Source: Alphaproteobacteria bacterium (GTDB lineage: Bacteria; Pseudomonadota; Alphaproteobacteria; MPNO01). From it: a DNA stretch of 64,000 nt. Below are positions 1 to 12,923 of this stretch, piece by piece. The translations under genes and the position numbers were made by a program. The DNA is taken from NCBI GenBank assembly GCA_965248835.1, contig CBDFLJ010000001.1:896001-960000 (forward strand), read 5' to 3'. The number at the start of each line of letters is the position of its first letter. The stretch's first letter is position 1. Under the pieces are notes generated by a model, which made no database searches, was not told where the DNA came from, and saw only the letters and a list, made by a program, of their open reading frames with translations.

Positions 1-672
1 GTGCACGCCGGAGTGGAGCGTGTAGCGCTCCTCCCCCCGGTCGTAATCGCCGATGAACGCGCGCGGCTCCATGGTGTTCGAGGTGACGCGGGTGATCACG
101 AAGCGCCGCTCGACGACATGGGCGGCTGCGGCGAACGCCGCCTCGACGGCGTCACGGTCGCCGAGGCGGTGGGCGAAGCATTCGTTGTCCGGCGCTTCGT
201 CCCACACCGCTGGCGTTCCCGGCGCATCGGCGATCGCGGTATCGGTGTTGGCCGGCAGCGGCGCGTAGTCGACCGCAATCGCCTCGACCGCGTCCTTGGC
301 CTGGTCGAGGGTTTCGGCGATGACCATCGCCACCGCCTCGCCGACATGGCGGGCGCGGCCGTGCGCGAGCGGCAGGAAGGGCGGGCGCGCCATCGTCTCG
401 CCGTCTCGGCGCTTGAGCACGATCTGGGTCGGGATCGACCCGTTGCCCGAGGCGGCGTAGTCGGCCCCGGTCAGCACCGCCAGCACGCCTGGCATGGAAG
501 CGGCCGCCGCGGTGTCTATCGTGCGGATCTCCGCGTGCGCATGGGGCGAGCGCAGGAAATGCGCGCGCGCCATCCGGGGCAGTGCGATGTCGTCGACATA
601 TCGCCCGCCACCGGACAGCAGGCGAGGATCCTCCGTCCGCGGGATCGCATTGCCCACATCGAACTCGCCCAT
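1..672 (-). CDS. Xanthine dehydrogenase-family molybdopterin-binding (large) subunit, N-terminal part (runs off the window start)
   Basis: Not in the ORF track. Manual minus-strand translation from ATG at 672 gives MGEFDVGNAIPRTEDPRLLSGGGRYVDDIALPRMARAHFLRSPHAHA...TMEPRAFIG, with the R-x-EDxRLL-x-G-x-G-x-Y-x-DD, RSPHAHA and MEPR motifs. Clear paralog of 24611..26947. Confidence 0.9.
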   Translation of the reverse strand, partial: MGEFDVGNAIPRTEDPRLLSGGGRYVDDIALPRMARAHFLRSPHAHAEIRTIDTAAAASMPGVLAVLTGADYAASGNGSIPTQIVLKRRDGETMARPPFLPLAHGRARHVGEAVAMVIAETLDQAKDAVEAIAVDYAPLPANTDTAIADAPGTPAVWDEAPDNECFAHRLGDRDAVEAAFAAAAHVVERRFVITRVTSNTMEPRAFIGDYDRGEERYTLHSGVH

Positions 673-768
673 TGCGTCGCGCCTTGCCGGTGCCCCGGGC
701 GTGGCCGCGCCGGGATGCAGTGGTCTAGAATGCTCCGCTCCAGGATAACACGACACGGGAGAACGAGG

Positions 769-1515
769 GTGAAACTGGAAGGGCAAGTCGCGATCGTCAC
801 CGGCGGCGGGCGCAATATCGGCGAGCGCATCGCCGAGGTTCTGGCCGGCGAAGGCGCCCGGATCGCGCTGGTCGATCTCGACCGCGCGCGCGCCGAACAG
901 GCGGCCAGGAAGCTCACCGACGCGGGGCACGAGGCCGAAGCCTTCGTCGCCGACGTCTCCATGGACGACGACGTGGCCTCGCTGATCGCAGCGATCGTCG
1001 AGCGCTTCGGGCGGATCGACATCCTGGTCAACAACGTCGCGATCTCCGACAACCGCCACATCCTGGAGATCACCGAGCAGGAATGGGACGACACCATCCG
1101 CGTGACCTTGAAAGCCCCCTTCCTGATGACCAGGCATGCCGCCCGGCGCATGGTCGAGCAGGGCTCCGGCGGCAAGATCGTCAATATCGGCTCGACCTCG
1201 GGCTACCGCGGCCGCGGCAGCGCAGTGGCCTACTCGGCGGCCAAGGGCGGGGTCGCGAACCTCACCCGGGCGCTCGCCTTCCAGCTCGCCCCGCACGGCA
1301 TCCGGGTCAATTCGGTGTCGCCCAACCGTACCGGCTCGCCGGTCGGACGGCAGGACGTCGACCCGAACCGCTACTTCAAGAATCTGGTCAACCGCGCCGG
1401 CCAGCCCGATGACACCGCCCAGGTGGTGCTGTTCCTGTGCACCGAGGAGGCGAGCTTCATCTGCGGCGAGAACATCTTCGCGGACGGCGGGGTGATGGCG
1501 ATGGAGGCCGGCTAG
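769..1515 (+). CDS. SDR family NAD(P)-dependent oxidoreductase
   Basis: GTG start at 769 (VKLEGQVAIVTGGGRNIG). TGxxxxIG, DILVNN and YSAAK catalytic motif. The upstream part of the 504-aa ORF is the antisense shadow of the Mo-subunit gene. Confidence 0.9.
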   Translation: MKLEGQVAIVTGGGRNIGERIAEVLAGEGARIALVDLDRARAEQAARKLTDAGHEAEAFVADVSMDDDVASLIAAIVERFGRIDILVNNVAISDNRHILEITEQEWDDTIRVTLKAPFLMTRHAARRMVEQGSGGKIVNIGSTSGYRGRGSAVAYSAAKGGVANLTRALAFQLAPHGIRVNSVSPNRTGSPVGRQDVDPNRYFKNLVNRAGQPDDTAQVVLFLCTEEASFICGENIFADGGVMAMEAG

Positions 1516-1592
1516 GGCATGTCCGGATCGGGGCGGGCCGGGCCAGTCCCGCGCGGTCCTCCTCTGTTTCACGAAATTCCAGGGAGGACGCG

Positions 1593-2597
1593 ATGATCAT
1601 CGACATCTTCACCCATGTCTTTCCGCAGCCGGTGCTCGAGCGCATGGAGGCGATCTCGCCAACGTTCGGCTGGATGGGCCCGCGGATCCGCAACATGCGC
1701 GACCTCTACGAGCTCGACCGGCGCTTCCGGGTGATGGACGAGGCAGGCGAGTACGTACAGATCATCTCGCTGGCGAGCCCACCGCTGGAGGAGGTGGCAA
1801 GCGGCGAGACGGCGGCCGAGCTCGCGCGGATCGCCAACGACGCGATGGCCGAACTGGTCGAGCGCCACCGCGACCGCTTCCCGGGCTTCGTCGCCTCGGT
1901 CTCGCTCGACGACGTGGACAGCGGGCTCGCCGAGATCCACCGCGCGGTCGGCGAACTCGGCGCGCGCGGCGTCCAGCTCTTCACCGACGTCGACGGCAAG
2001 CCGCTCGACGATCCGGCCTACGATCCGGTGTTCGGCACCATGGCGGCGCTCGGCCGGCCGATCTGGCTGCACCCGACGCGCTCGCCGGAATTGGCCGATT
2101 TCTCGGGCGAGGACGAATCACGCTTCGACCTGTGGCTGGTCCTCGGTTGGCCCTACGCGACCGCGGCGACGATGATCCGGCTCGTGGTCTCCGGCTTGTT
2201 CGACCGCCACCCGGGGATCCGGATCCTGACCCACCACATGGGCGGCATGATCCCGTTTCACGAGACGCGGATCGAAGGCGCGATGGCCCGTATGGCCGCC
2301 GCGGACAGCGGCGAAGGGGGCGATCGGCCCTACATGCGCCGCGCGCCGCTCGAGCAGCTCAAGGCCTTCTATGCCGACACCGCCATGCACGGCGCGCTCG
2401 AGGCGAGGCGCTGCGGGATGGCGTTCTTCGGCGCCAACAACTCGGTCTTCGCCACCGACCACCCGTTCGGCTCGATCCGCAGAGGCCTCGACATGGTCGA
2501 GCGGCTGGAGCTGGACGACCGCGCGAGGCAGAAACTGGTCCGCGGCAACGCCGAGCGGTTCATGGGCGGGCCGCCGATCGGCGGCCCGGCCGGTTGA
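1593..2597 (+). CDS. Amidohydrolase-2 family protein (ACMSD/LigW-like decarboxylase/hydratase fold)
   Basis: GGAGG SD then ATG 1593. Motifs IIDIFTH, ARIANDAMAELV, IWLHP, THHMGGMIP, FATDHPF. Confidence 0.85.
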   Translation: MIIDIFTHVFPQPVLERMEAISPTFGWMGPRIRNMRDLYELDRRFRVMDEAGEYVQIISLASPPLEEVASGETAAELARIANDAMAELVERHRDRFPGFVASVSLDDVDSGLAEIHRAVGELGARGVQLFTDVDGKPLDDPAYDPVFGTMAALGRPIWLHPTRSPELADFSGEDESRFDLWLVLGWPYATAATMIRLVVSGLFDRHPGIRILTHHMGGMIPFHETRIEGAMARMAAADSGEGGDRPYMRRAPLEQLKAFYADTAMHGALEARRCGMAFFGANNSVFATDHPFGSIRRGLDMVERLELDDRARQKLVRGNAERFMGGPPIGGPAG

Positions 2598-2636
2598 ACC
2601 GCGCCAGGGCTCAGGCGGCCCGGTCCGTCGCGCCCG

Positions 2637-3437
2637 TCACCCGCGGTGCTCGGCGCTCGCACACAGCTTCCGGACGACCGCGCACAGACGTGCCAGGTCC
2701 TCGGCGCGCGAAAGCCGGTGATCGCCGTCGTCGACCAGCAGCACCTTGACGTCCTTGCTCAGCACCTTCTCGGCGATCCGCGCGGCGGTCATCCACGGGA
2801 CATCGGTATCCCGCTTGCCGTGCAGCAGACGGATCGGGCAGTGGATCGAGATCGGTCGGCGCAGCAGCAGATGGTTCCGGCCCTCTTCGATCAGCGGGTA
2901 GCTGATCGGGCAGGGCTCCTCGTCGTAGCCGGACGGCTCGTAACGGACGCCGTTCTCGATCAGCCCGGTGCGCGCGGCCATGTCGTAGCGCGCCCATATC
3001 AGGTCTTCGGTGAAATCCGGCGCGGCGGCCACGCCCAGCAGCCCCGCCACCCGGTCCGGCCGGGCGAGCGCGGCCAGCAGCATGATCCAGCCGCCCATCG
3101 AGGAGCCGACGAGAATCTGGCGGTCTTCGGTCAGCGAATCGAGAACCGCGAGGGCATCATCGCACCAGCGGCCGATCGTGCCGTCGACAAACTCGCCGGA
3201 AGACCGGCCGTGGCCGAAATAGTCGAACCTGACATAGGCGCGGCCGTCTTGGCGGCAGGCAGCCTCCAGCGCCGCCGCCTTGGTGCCGGTCATGTCGGAA
3301 CGGAACCCGCCGAGGAAGACGACACCGGGGTTCTTGCCGTCGAGGCGCCGGTAGGCGATTGCCGCGCCATCGGTCCGCTTCAGGATCGCCGGTGCGTCGC
3401 GCCCATCATCTGTCTCAGGCGGCAGCTCTGTGGTCAT
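2637..3437 (-). CDS. Alpha/beta hydrolase (ABHD10-like)
   Basis: [30 protein letters not shown] nucleophile, D-V-P and GDHRLS. Start taken at ATG 3437 (MTTELPP). Confidence 0.88.
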   Translation of the reverse strand: MTTELPPETDDGRDAPAILKRTDGAAIAYRRLDGKNPGVVFLGGFRSDMTGTKAAALEAACRQDGRAYVRFDYFGHGRSSGEFVDGTIGRWCDDALAVLDSLTEDRQILVGSSMGGWIMLLAALARPDRVAGLLGVAAAPDFTEDLIWARYDMAARTGLIENGVRYEPSGYDEEPCPISYPLIEEGRNHLLLRRPISIHCPIRLLHGKRDTDVPWMTAARIAEKVLSKDVKVLLVDDGDHRLSRAEDLARLCAVVRKLCASAEHRG

Positions 3438-3600
3438 TCGCGATCGGGGGTCATGGACGTGGTCGATTCTCGACCTCGGGACCCTAGCATCGAACCCCAA
3501 GGCGTGGAAGCCGGCCCCCTATGATCCTCCGGTTCCGGCCGGCGCATGTGCGCGGCCGCGCGCCAGATCCACGACGCGGTGCCGAAACGGCCGGTCTCGC

Positions 3601-3629
3601 TTGTCCTTGCGTCCGGATTGCGTTAAATG
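3601..3629 (+). promoter_or_regulatory. Putative sigma70 promoter of thrS
   Basis: TTGTCC-N17-TAAATG about 40 nt upstream of the thrS ATG. Confidence 0.35.
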
Positions 3630-3666
3630 CCGGCGGCTTTCCTCGTTGCGAAATTCGATCGAGCTG

Positions 3667-5625
3667 ATGTCAATCGCCGAGCAAGAAACGAGTCCGGGCG
3701 TCGCGATCACCCTGCCCGACGGCTCCGTCAAGACCTTCGACCGACCGGCCAGCGGCGCCGACATCGCCGCCTCGATCGGACCCGGCTTGGCGAAGGCCGC
3801 GATCGCGGTAAAAATCGACGGGGTTGTCCGCGACCTCGACCTGCCGATCGCGGGTGCGGCCGCGGTAGAGGTCGTCACCCGAAAATCCGAAGAAGCGCTG
3901 GAGCTGATCCGCCACGACGCCGCCCATGTGATGGCCGAAGCCGTCCAGGCGCTCTATCCCGGAACGCAGGTCACCATCGGACCGGCAATCGAGAACGGGT
4001 TCTATTACGACTTCGCGCGCCCGACGCCGTTCTCGACCGATGACCTCGCCGACATCGAAGCCAGGATGCGCGAGATCATCGCCGCCGACGTGCCGATCGT
4101 GCGCGAGGTGTGGAACCGCAACGACGCGGTCGCCCACTTCAAGGCGCAGGGCGAGGCCTACAAGGCCGAGATCATCGAAGGCCTGCCGGCGGAGGACAAG
4201 GTGACGGTCTATCGGCAGGGCGACTGGCTCGACCTGTGCCGCGGCCCGCACATGCCGTCCACCGGCCATGTCGGCAGCGGGTTCAAGCTGCTCAAGGTCG
4301 CCGGCGCCTATTGGCGCGGCGATTCGGACAACGAGATGTTGCAGCGCATTTACGGCACCGCGTGGCGCGACGACAGGGAGCTCAAGGCCTATCTCCACCG
4401 GCTCGAGGAGGCGGAGAGGCGCGACCACCGCCGGCTCGGCCGCGAGATGGGCCTGTTTCATTTCCAGGAGGAGGCCCCCGGCGCGGCGTTCTGGCATCCC
4501 AAGGGCTGGACGCTTTATCGCCGGCTGGTCGAGTACATGCGCACGCGCCAGGAGCGCGGCGGGTATGTCGAGGTCTCCACGCCCGAGCTGATGGACCGCG
4601 GGCTGTGGGAACGCTCGGGCCATTGGGAGACCTTCCGCGAGCACATGTTCATTACCGAGACCGAGGACGGCCGGCATTACGCAGTCAAGCCGATGAACTG
4701 CCCCGGCTGCGTCCAGATCTTCAAGCAGGGCACCCGCAGCTACCGCGATCTGCCGCTCAGGATCGCGGAGTTCGGCAAGGTCCACCGCTACGAGCCCTCG
4801 GGCGCGCTGCACGGGCTGATGCGGGTGCGCGCCTTCGCCCAGGACGATGCGCACATCTTCTGCACGCCGGAGCAGATGGAATCGGAATGCCGCATCGTGA
4901 TCGCGCTGATCCTCGACATCTATCGCGATTTCGGCTTCGAGGACGTCCGCATCAAGTTCTCCGACCGGCCGGAGAAGCGCATCGGCTCCGATGAGGTCTG
5001 GGACCGCCTGGAGGGCGCGTTGAAGGGTGCGCTCGAGGGCATGGGCTTCGACTACACGGTCAACCCCGGCGAGGGAGCGTTCTACGGCCCCAAGCTGGAG
5101 TTCGTGCTGCGCGATGCGATCGGCAGGGATTGGCAGTGCGGCACGCTGCAGGTCGACCTCAACCTGCCCGAACGGCTCGACGCCAGCTATGTCGGCGAGG
5201 ACGGCGGGCGCCATCGGCCGGTGATGCTGCACCGGGCGCTGTTCGGCTCGTTCGAGCGCTTCATCGGCATCCTGCTGGAGCACTATGCCGGCCGGCTGCC
5301 GCTGTGGCTCGCGCCCGAGCAGGTGGTCGTGGCCACGATCACCTCCGATGCCGATGATTACGCCGGCGAGGTCGTTGCCGCGGCCCGAGCGGCGGGGCTG
5401 CGCGCGGTGCCCGACCTGCGCAACGAGAAGATCGGCTACAAGGTGCGCGAGCACTCCGTGGCCAAGGTCCCGGTCATGCTGATCGTCGGCCGCAATGAGG
5501 TTGCCGGACGCCAGGTCGCGGTCCGCCGCCTCGGTGCCAGGGACCAAGAAGTCCTTGCGCTGGAAAGTGCGATCGATAGACTGAGGTCGATTGCCGCCAG
5601 TCCGCTCGAAAAACAGGACACGTGA
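3667..5625 (+). CDS. thrS: Threonine--tRNA ligase
   Basis: TGS domain [52 protein letters not shown]. Precedes infC. Confidence 0.98.
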   Translation: MSIAEQETSPGVAITLPDGSVKTFDRPASGADIAASIGPGLAKAAIAVKIDGVVRDLDLPIAGAAAVEVVTRKSEEALELIRHDAAHVMAEAVQALYPGTQVTIGPAIENGFYYDFARPTPFSTDDLADIEARMREIIAADVPIVREVWNRNDAVAHFKAQGEAYKAEIIEGLPAEDKVTVYRQGDWLDLCRGPHMPSTGHVGSGFKLLKVAGAYWRGDSDNEMLQRIYGTAWRDDRELKAYLHRLEEAERRDHRRLGREMGLFHFQEEAPGAAFWHPKGWTLYRRLVEYMRTRQERGGYVEVSTPELMDRGLWERSGHWETFREHMFITETEDGRHYAVKPMNCPGCVQIFKQGTRSYRDLPLRIAEFGKVHRYEPSGALHGLMRVRAFAQDDAHIFCTPEQMESECRIVIALILDIYRDFGFEDVRIKFSDRPEKRIGSDEVWDRLEGALKGALEGMGFDYTVNPGEGAFYGPKLEFVLRDAIGRDWQCGTLQVDLNLPERLDASYVGEDGGRHRPVMLHRALFGSFERFIGILLEHYAGRLPLWLAPEQVVVATITSDADDYAGEVVAAARAAGLRAVPDLRNEKIGYKVREHSVAKVPVMLIVGRNEVAGRQVAVRRLGARDQEVLALESAIDRLRSIAASPLEKQDT

Positions 5626-5722
5626 ATTTCATCGAATACGTCCCTTCAAGGTGTCCCTCGGGTACGCGCAAGCTTGCGCCCCCGGATTCGTGCGCAGCGC
5701 GGCCTGGAAGGGAGATTAATCC

Positions 5723-6259
5723 ATAGCGAGATTCACATCCTTCGAACCGCCGACCCGCGACGACCGCGGCGTGAACGAGGCGATTCGAGCCGAGGCCGTC
5801 AGGGTCGTCGATACCGACGGCGCGGTGCTCGGGGTCTTCCCCACAGCCGATGCGATCGTGTTGGCAACCGAACGCGGCCTCGACCTGGTCGAGGTTTCCC
5901 CCAACAGCGACCCGCCGGTCTGCAAGTTCCTCGACTACGGCAAGCTCAAATACGAGAACCAGAAAAAGAAATCGGAGGCGCGCAAGAAGCAGCGCACCAT
6001 CGACGTCAAGGAAGTCAAGCTGCGGCCGAGCATCGACCAGCATGATTACGACGTAAAGATGCGCTCGATGCGCCGGTTCCTCGGCGAGGGCGACAAGGTC
6101 AAGGTCACCATGCGGTTCCGCGGCCGCGAGATGGCCCATCAGGACCTCGGGCTCAAGGTCCTGTTCAAGGTCCGTGACGAGCTTGATGAGCTTGCCAAGG
6201 TCGAGCAGCTCCCCAAGATGGAAGGCCGCCAGATGGTCATGGTGGTCTCGCCCAGATAA
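5723..6259 (+). CDS. infC: Translation initiation factor IF-3 (probable non-canonical ATA start)
   Basis: LDLVEVSPN..PPVCK..DYGK, KEVKLRP, FRGRE. The frame extends upstream of GTG 5771 to ATA 5723, 8 nt after GGAG; an in-frame TAA at 5717 bounds it. Confidence 0.95.
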   Translation: MARFTSFEPPTRDDRGVNEAIRAEAVRVVDTDGAVLGVFPTADAIVLATERGLDLVEVSPNSDPPVCKFLDYGKLKYENQKKKSEARKKQRTIDVKEVKLRPSIDQHDYDVKMRSMRRFLGEGDKVKVTMRFRGREMAHQDLGLKVLFKVRDELDELAKVEQLPKMEGRQMVMVVSPR

Positions 6260-6296
6260 GTCCCGCGCCGCCGTTCGCGCAACGCCGGCGGCGTGC

Positions 6297-6325
6297 TTGC
6301 GCCCGTCCTCAGGGGTCTGTATAAC
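6297..6325 (+). promoter_or_regulatory. Putative sigma70 promoter of rpmI-rplT
   Basis: TTGCGC(6297-6302)-N17-TATAAC(6320-6325) in the infC-rpmI gap. Confidence 0.6.
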
Positions 6326-6427
6326 CCGCCGGCCGAACGGAGCCGTCCGGCCGCGTTGACGACATGTCGCAAAACGCAGGGCATGCCGCGGCGGCTCGAA
6401 AATCCACGTCGAGCGGCGGAGGAGAAA

Positions 6428-6625
6428 ATGCCCAAGCTGAAGTCCAAGAGCGGGGCCAAGAAGCGCTTCCGCACCACCGGCAGCGGAAAGGTGCGGTCGA
6501 ACTTCGCCTACAAGCAGCACAACCTGCGCAAGCGCCCGCAGAAGATGAAGCGCAAGGCGCGCGGCACCACGATCATGGCGCCCGAGGACGCCAAGATCGT
6601 CAAATCCTACCTGCCTTACGCGTGA
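6428..6625 (+). CDS. rpmI: 50S ribosomal protein L35
   Basis: [31 protein letters not shown] upstream of ATG 6428. Confidence 0.97.
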   Translation: MPKLKSKSGAKKRFRTTGSGKVRSNFAYKQHNLRKRPQKMKRKARGTTIMAPEDAKIVKSYLPYA

Positions 6626-6635
6626 GGGGCGAGCC

Positions 6636-6995
6636 ATGGCACGGGTCAAACGGGGCGTCACCACCCACGCCCGCCACAAGAAGGTCCTCGGCCTCGCCAA
6701 GGGTTATCGCGAGCGCAACCGCACGAGCTTCCGGGTCGCGATCCAGCGGGTCGAGAAGGGCCTGCAATACGCTTACCGCGACCGCCGCAACAGAAAGCGC
6801 ACCTTCCGCGCGCTGTGGATCCAGCGGATCAACGCCGGCGCGCGCGCCCAGGGTCTGACCTATTCCCAGTTCATGAACGGCCTCAAGCGCGCGGGGATCG
6901 ATCTCGACCGCAAGGTGCTCGCCGATCTTGCCGTCCGTGAGCCCGACGCGTTCAAGGCGATCGTCGATCAGGCACAGGCGGCGCTGGCGGAATAG
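6636..6995 (+). CDS. rplT: 50S ribosomal protein L20
   Basis: [36 protein letters not shown]. Confidence 0.98.
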   Translation: MARVKRGVTTHARHKKVLGLAKGYRERNRTSFRVAIQRVEKGLQYAYRDRRNRKRTFRALWIQRINAGARAQGLTYSQFMNGLKRAGIDLDRKVLADLAVREPDAFKAIVDQAQAALAE

Positions 6996-7021
6996 CGGGC
7001 CGGCCGGGCCCGGGTCTTGAC

Positions 7022-8095
7022 ATGGACGACCTCGAAAAGCTTCGCACCGATCTGCTGGCGCGGATCGCGGCGGCGGACCTCGATGCGCTTGAGGCCCTGC
7101 GCGTCGAGGCGCTCGGCCGCAAGGGCCGCATCACCGAGCTGATGAAAGGCCTGGGCAGCCTTGCGGCCGAGGAGCGCAAGGCGGCCGGCCAGGCGCTCAA
7201 CGCGCTCAAGAGCGTCATCGCCGAGGCGATCGATGCCAGGCGCGCCGGGCTGGAAAGCACGACGCTCGGCGCCCGCCTGGCCGAGGAGCGGATCGACATC
7301 ACCCTGCCGGCGCGCCCGGCGCCGGACGGCCGGATCCATCCGATCAGCCAAGCCATCGAAGAGATGGCGGCGATCTTCTGCCAGATGGGCTTCGCGGTGG
7401 CCGAGGGGCCGGACATCGAGGACGATTTCCACAACTTCACCGCGCTGAACATCCCGCCCGAGCACCCCGCGCGCCAGGACCATGACACGTTCTACCTGCC
7501 CGAGCGCGCGGACGGCACCCGCGCGCTGCTGCGCACCCACACCTCGCCGGTGCAGATCCGCGCCATGCGCAGCGGCGCGGCGCCGTTCAGGATCATCGTG
7601 CCCGGGCGCACCTACCGGGCCGATCACGACGCCACCCACTCGCCGATGTTCCACCAGATCGAAGGGCTGGTCATCGACGAGACCACCCATATGGGCCATC
7701 TCAAGGGCTGCCTGATCGAGTTCTGCCGCGCCTTTTTCGGGCTCGACGACCTGCCGGTGCGGTTCCGACCGAGCTTCTTTCCGTTCACCGAGCCCTCCGC
7801 GGAGGTCGATATCGGCTGTGCGCGCTCGGCCGACGGGCTGAGAATCGGCGCGGGCGGCGATTGGCTGGAGATCCTGGGCTGCGGCATGGTCCATCCGAAG
7901 GTGCTCGAGAATTGCGGCATCGATGCCGGCCGCTACCAGGGCTTCGCCTTCGGGTTGGGGGTCGAGCGGGTGGCGATGCTCAAATACGGCATCCCGGATC
8001 TCAGGACGTTCTACGAGTCCGACCTCAGGTGGCTGCGCCATTACGGGTTCGCGGCACTCGACGTGCCGACCATGACTGCCGGAGTGGGCGCGTGA
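7022..8095 (+). CDS. pheS: Phenylalanine--tRNA ligase alpha subunit
   Basis: [41 protein letters not shown]. Confidence 0.98.
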   Translation: MDDLEKLRTDLLARIAAADLDALEALRVEALGRKGRITELMKGLGSLAAEERKAAGQALNALKSVIAEAIDARRAGLESTTLGARLAEERIDITLPARPAPDGRIHPISQAIEEMAAIFCQMGFAVAEGPDIEDDFHNFTALNIPPEHPARQDHDTFYLPERADGTRALLRTHTSPVQIRAMRSGAAPFRIIVPGRTYRADHDATHSPMFHQIEGLVIDETTHMGHLKGCLIEFCRAFFGLDDLPVRFRPSFFPFTEPSAEVDIGCARSADGLRIGAGGDWLEILGCGMVHPKVLENCGIDAGRYQGFAFGLGVERVAMLKYGIPDLRTFYESDLRWLRHYGFAALDVPTMTAGVGA

Positions 8096-10497
8096 AGTTC
8101 ACCCTGTCCTGGCTGCTCTTGCATCTCGACACCGCCGCCGCACCAGCCGAGATCGGCGAGAGACTGACCACCATCGGACTGGAGGTCGAGAACATCGAGG
8201 ACCGCGGCAGGGCGCTGGCCGATTTCGTCGTCGGCGACATCGTCCAGGCCAGGCGGCATCCCAATGCCGACCGCCTGCTTGTGTGCACCGTCGACATCGG
8301 CGGCGGCGAGCGGTTCGAAGTGGTCTGCGGCGCCCCCAACGCTCGCGCGGGCATGAAGGGCATCTTCGCGCGCGCGGGCAGCTACATCCCGGGCTCGGGC
8401 ATCACGCTCAAAAAGACCAGGATCCGCGGCGTGGAAAGCAGCGGCATGCTGTGCTCGGAGCGCGAGCTCGGCCTGTCCGAGGAGCACGAAGGGATCATCG
8501 ACCTGGACGGCGGCTTCGCCGCGGGAACCCCCGCCCCGGCCGCGCTCGGCCTGACCGATCCGATCTTCGAGATCGCGCTGACCCCGAACCGGGCCGACTG
8601 CGCGGGCGTGCGCGGCATCGCCCGCGACCTCGCCGCGTCGGGACTCGGCAGCCTCAAGCCGCTGGACCTGTCGCCGGTCGCCGGGACTTTTGCAAGTCCG
8701 GTCGCCTGGAAGCGGGATCTCCCGGCCGGCGCCGAGGATGCCTGCCCAATGGTGGTCGGGCGCACGTTCCGCGGCGTAACCAACGGGCCGAGCCCGCCGT
8801 GGCTGCAGGACCGGCTGAGCGCGATCGGGCTGCGCCCGATCTCCGCCCTGGTCGACATCACCAACTACGTCACCTTCGACCTCGCCCGGCCACTCCACGT
8901 CTTCGATGTGGACCGCATCCAGGGCGACCTGACGATGCGTCTGGCCCGCCCCGGCGAGGCGATCGCGGCGCTGGACGGGCGTGACTATGCGCTCGAGGAC
9001 GGCATGACGGTGATTGCCGACGAGGCCGGCGTGCTCGCGATCGGCGGCATCATGGGCGGCGAGAAGTCGGGCTGCAGCGAGGCGACGACCAACGTCTTCC
9101 TCGAGGTCGCGCTGTTCGATCCGGTGCGCACGGCGATGACCGGGCGCAAGCTCGGCATCATGTCCGATGCCCGCTACCGCTTCGAGCGCGGCGTTGATCC
9201 AACCTCGGCGCTTTGGGGGGCCGAGGTTGCCGCCAGGCTGATCCTGCAAATCTGCGGCGGCGAGGCAAGCGCGTTGAGCATCGCCGGCGAAGAGCCCCGC
9301 TGGCAACGCAGCCTCGACCTGCGCAGCGCCCGCATTGCCTCGCTCGGCGGGCTTGCGCTGGCCGACGGCGAGCCCGGCCGCATCCTCGGCAGGCTCGGCT
9401 TCGAGGTCGAGGACAAGGGCGAGATGCTGAGTGTGGCGGTCCCGCCCTGGCGAGCCGATGTCGAGGGCGACGCCGACCTGGTGGAGGAGGTCCTGCGCAT
9501 CCACGGCTACGACGCCATCCCGGCAACCCCGCTGCGAGCCGAGACCGCGGTGCCGGCGCCGGCCTGGTCGGGCGCCCAGGCCCGGCGCGCCCGCGCGCGC
9601 CGCGCGCTTGCCGCCAACGGCCTGATCGAGGCGCTGACCTTCTCCTTCATGCCCGCCGGCCGTGCGGCTTCCTTCGGGGCGCCGGATCCGGACCTGGTGC
9701 TGGCCAACCCGATCAGCGCCGATCTCGACAGGATGCGCCCCTCGATCCTGCCCAACCTGCTCCAGGCGGCCGAGCGCAACACCGCGCGCGGCCTGCCCGA
9801 CATTGCATTGTTCGAGATCGGCCCGCAGTTCGAGCCGGGAACCGGCGGCGGCCAGTCGCTGGTCGCCGCAGGCATCCGGGTCGGCGAGGCCGGCGCGCGC
9901 CACTGGTCGGAGCGCGCACGGGCGGTCGATGCCTATGACGCCAAGGCCGACGCGCTCGCCGCGCTCGGCGCGGCGGGCGCGCCGGTCGGCAGCCTGCGGA
10001 TCGAAAGCGCGGCGCCGTCGTGGTATCACCCGGGCCGATCCGGCGCGCTGATGCTGGGGCCCAAGCCGCTCGCTTGGTTCGGGGAGATCCATCCCGGCGT
10101 CCTCGCCGGCCTCGATCTGCGCGGCCGCGCAGTCGCTTTCGAGGTCATGCTCGATGCGGTGCCGCCGCCCAAGGCGGCGAAAGCGGCCGCTCGGCCGATG
10201 CTGCACATGGCGGCACTCCAGCCGGTGGTGCGCGATTTCGCCTTCGTGGTCGATGAGGATACCCAAGCCGCTTCGGTGCTGCGGGCGGCGCGCGGCGCGG
10301 AGAAGACGCTGGTCAGCGATGTCGCGCTGTTCGACGTCTATCGCGGGCCGGAGCTCGGCGATGCCAAGAAATCGCTGGCGCTGGCGGTGACTCTGCAGCC
10401 GCGCGAGGCGACATTGACCGATGCCGAGATCGAGGCAGTGGCCGGTCGCATCGTCGCCGCGGTGTCCAAGGCGACCGGCGCGGTCCTGCGCGGGTGA
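8092..10497 (+). CDS. pheT: Phenylalanine--tRNA ligase beta subunit
   Basis: GTG start overlapping the pheS stop (GTGA). KFTLSWL, HPNADRL, VCGAPN, TPNRADC, RFERGVD, RDFAFVV. Confidence 0.97.
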   Translation: MKFTLSWLLLHLDTAAAPAEIGERLTTIGLEVENIEDRGRALADFVVGDIVQARRHPNADRLLVCTVDIGGGERFEVVCGAPNARAGMKGIFARAGSYIPGSGITLKKTRIRGVESSGMLCSERELGLSEEHEGIIDLDGGFAAGTPAPAALGLTDPIFEIALTPNRADCAGVRGIARDLAASGLGSLKPLDLSPVAGTFASPVAWKRDLPAGAEDACPMVVGRTFRGVTNGPSPPWLQDRLSAIGLRPISALVDITNYVTFDLARPLHVFDVDRIQGDLTMRLARPGEAIAALDGRDYALEDGMTVIADEAGVLAIGGIMGGEKSGCSEATTNVFLEVALFDPVRTAMTGRKLGIMSDARYRFERGVDPTSALWGAEVAARLILQICGGEASALSIAGEEPRWQRSLDLRSARIASLGGLALADGEPGRILGRLGFEVEDKGEMLSVAVPPWRADVEGDADLVEEVLRIHGYDAIPATPLRAETAVPAPAWSGAQARRARARRALAANGLIEALTFSFMPAGRAASFGAPDPDLVLANPISADLDRMRPSILPNLLQAAERNTARGLPDIALFEIGPQFEPGTGGGQSLVAAGIRVGEAGARHWSERARAVDAYDAKADALAALGAAGAPVGSLRIESAAPSWYHPGRSGALMLGPKPLAWFGEIHPGVLAGLDLRGRAVAFEVMLDAVPPPKAAKAAARPMLHMAALQPVVRDFAFVVDEDTQAASVLRAARGAEKTLVSDVALFDVYRGPELGDAKKSLALAVTLQPREATLTDAEIEAVAGRIVAAVSKATGAVLRG

Positions 10498-10510
10498 GAC
10501 GGAAGCTGCG

Positions 10511-12313
<1,803 letters not shown>

Positions 12314-12323
12314 CCCGGGCGGC

Positions 12324-12644
12324 TCAGCGCAGCCGGTCCAACCACTGGTTGGACTCCGTGCGGCCGCGGAACAGCCAGACCAGCACCGCGCCGGGGACGG
12401 CCAGCACCAGCCAGGCCGGGGCCAGCAGGAGGGGCAGCACCACCTGCTCCCACAGCCACGGCGCGACATAGCGCTGGATGACGGCCTGGATCAGGTTGAG
12501 GCTGCCGCGATCGATCGCCGCCCACAACTCGCCGAAGGCGAAGCTGCGATAGCCGCCCGACTGGAGCCACGAGAACCCTTCGTGCCCCGCCGCCCCGACC
12601 GCGATCACGACCAGGACCCAACCGATGATGCGCCCGATCGTCAT
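12324..12644 (-). CDS. Hypothetical small membrane protein
   Basis: GGAG SD, two hydrophobic segments, G-E-L-W and SLNLIQAVIQRY. Fills the gap between lepA and the tRNA. Confidence 0.7.
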   Translation of the reverse strand: MTIGRIIGWVLVVIAVGAAGHEGFSWLQSGGYRSFAFGELWAAIDRGSLNLIQAVIQRYVAPWLWEQVVLPLLLAPAWLVLAVPGAVLVWLFRGRTESNQWLDRLR

Positions 12645-12757
12645 CGCTGGTCTCCCATGGCCGTCTCATGGCTCAAAAACGCCCGCGACGCCAGTGTTTT
12701 GAACGCGACCCGCCGCGATTCCCCGCACACGGCATTTGCGCTAATGTCCGGCGCACC

Positions 12758-12847
12758 GGAGGGGTGGCCGAGCGGTTGAAGGCGCACGCTTGGAAAGCGT
12801 GTATACCGGAAACGGTATCGTGGGTTCGAATCCCACTCCCTCCGCCA
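12758..12847 (+). tRNA. tRNA-Ser(GGA)
   Basis: GGAGGGG acceptor stem, anticodon arm CACGC-TTGGAAA-GCGTG, long variable arm, GGTTCGAATCC T-loop, encoded CCA. 90 nt. Confidence 0.97.
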
Positions 12848-12923
12848 CCAGGTCCTCGAATCCAAGGCGCCTTCGGATTTCCGGGCTGGCGTGGCTTCAA
12901 ACCGGAGGGAGTGGGACGCCGCG

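Noticed and set aside
1-768. Apparent long N-terminal extension of the SDR (504-aa ORF)
   Set aside because: This region is the antisense of the Mo-subunit gene (1..672, minus strand). The SDR starts at GTG 769.
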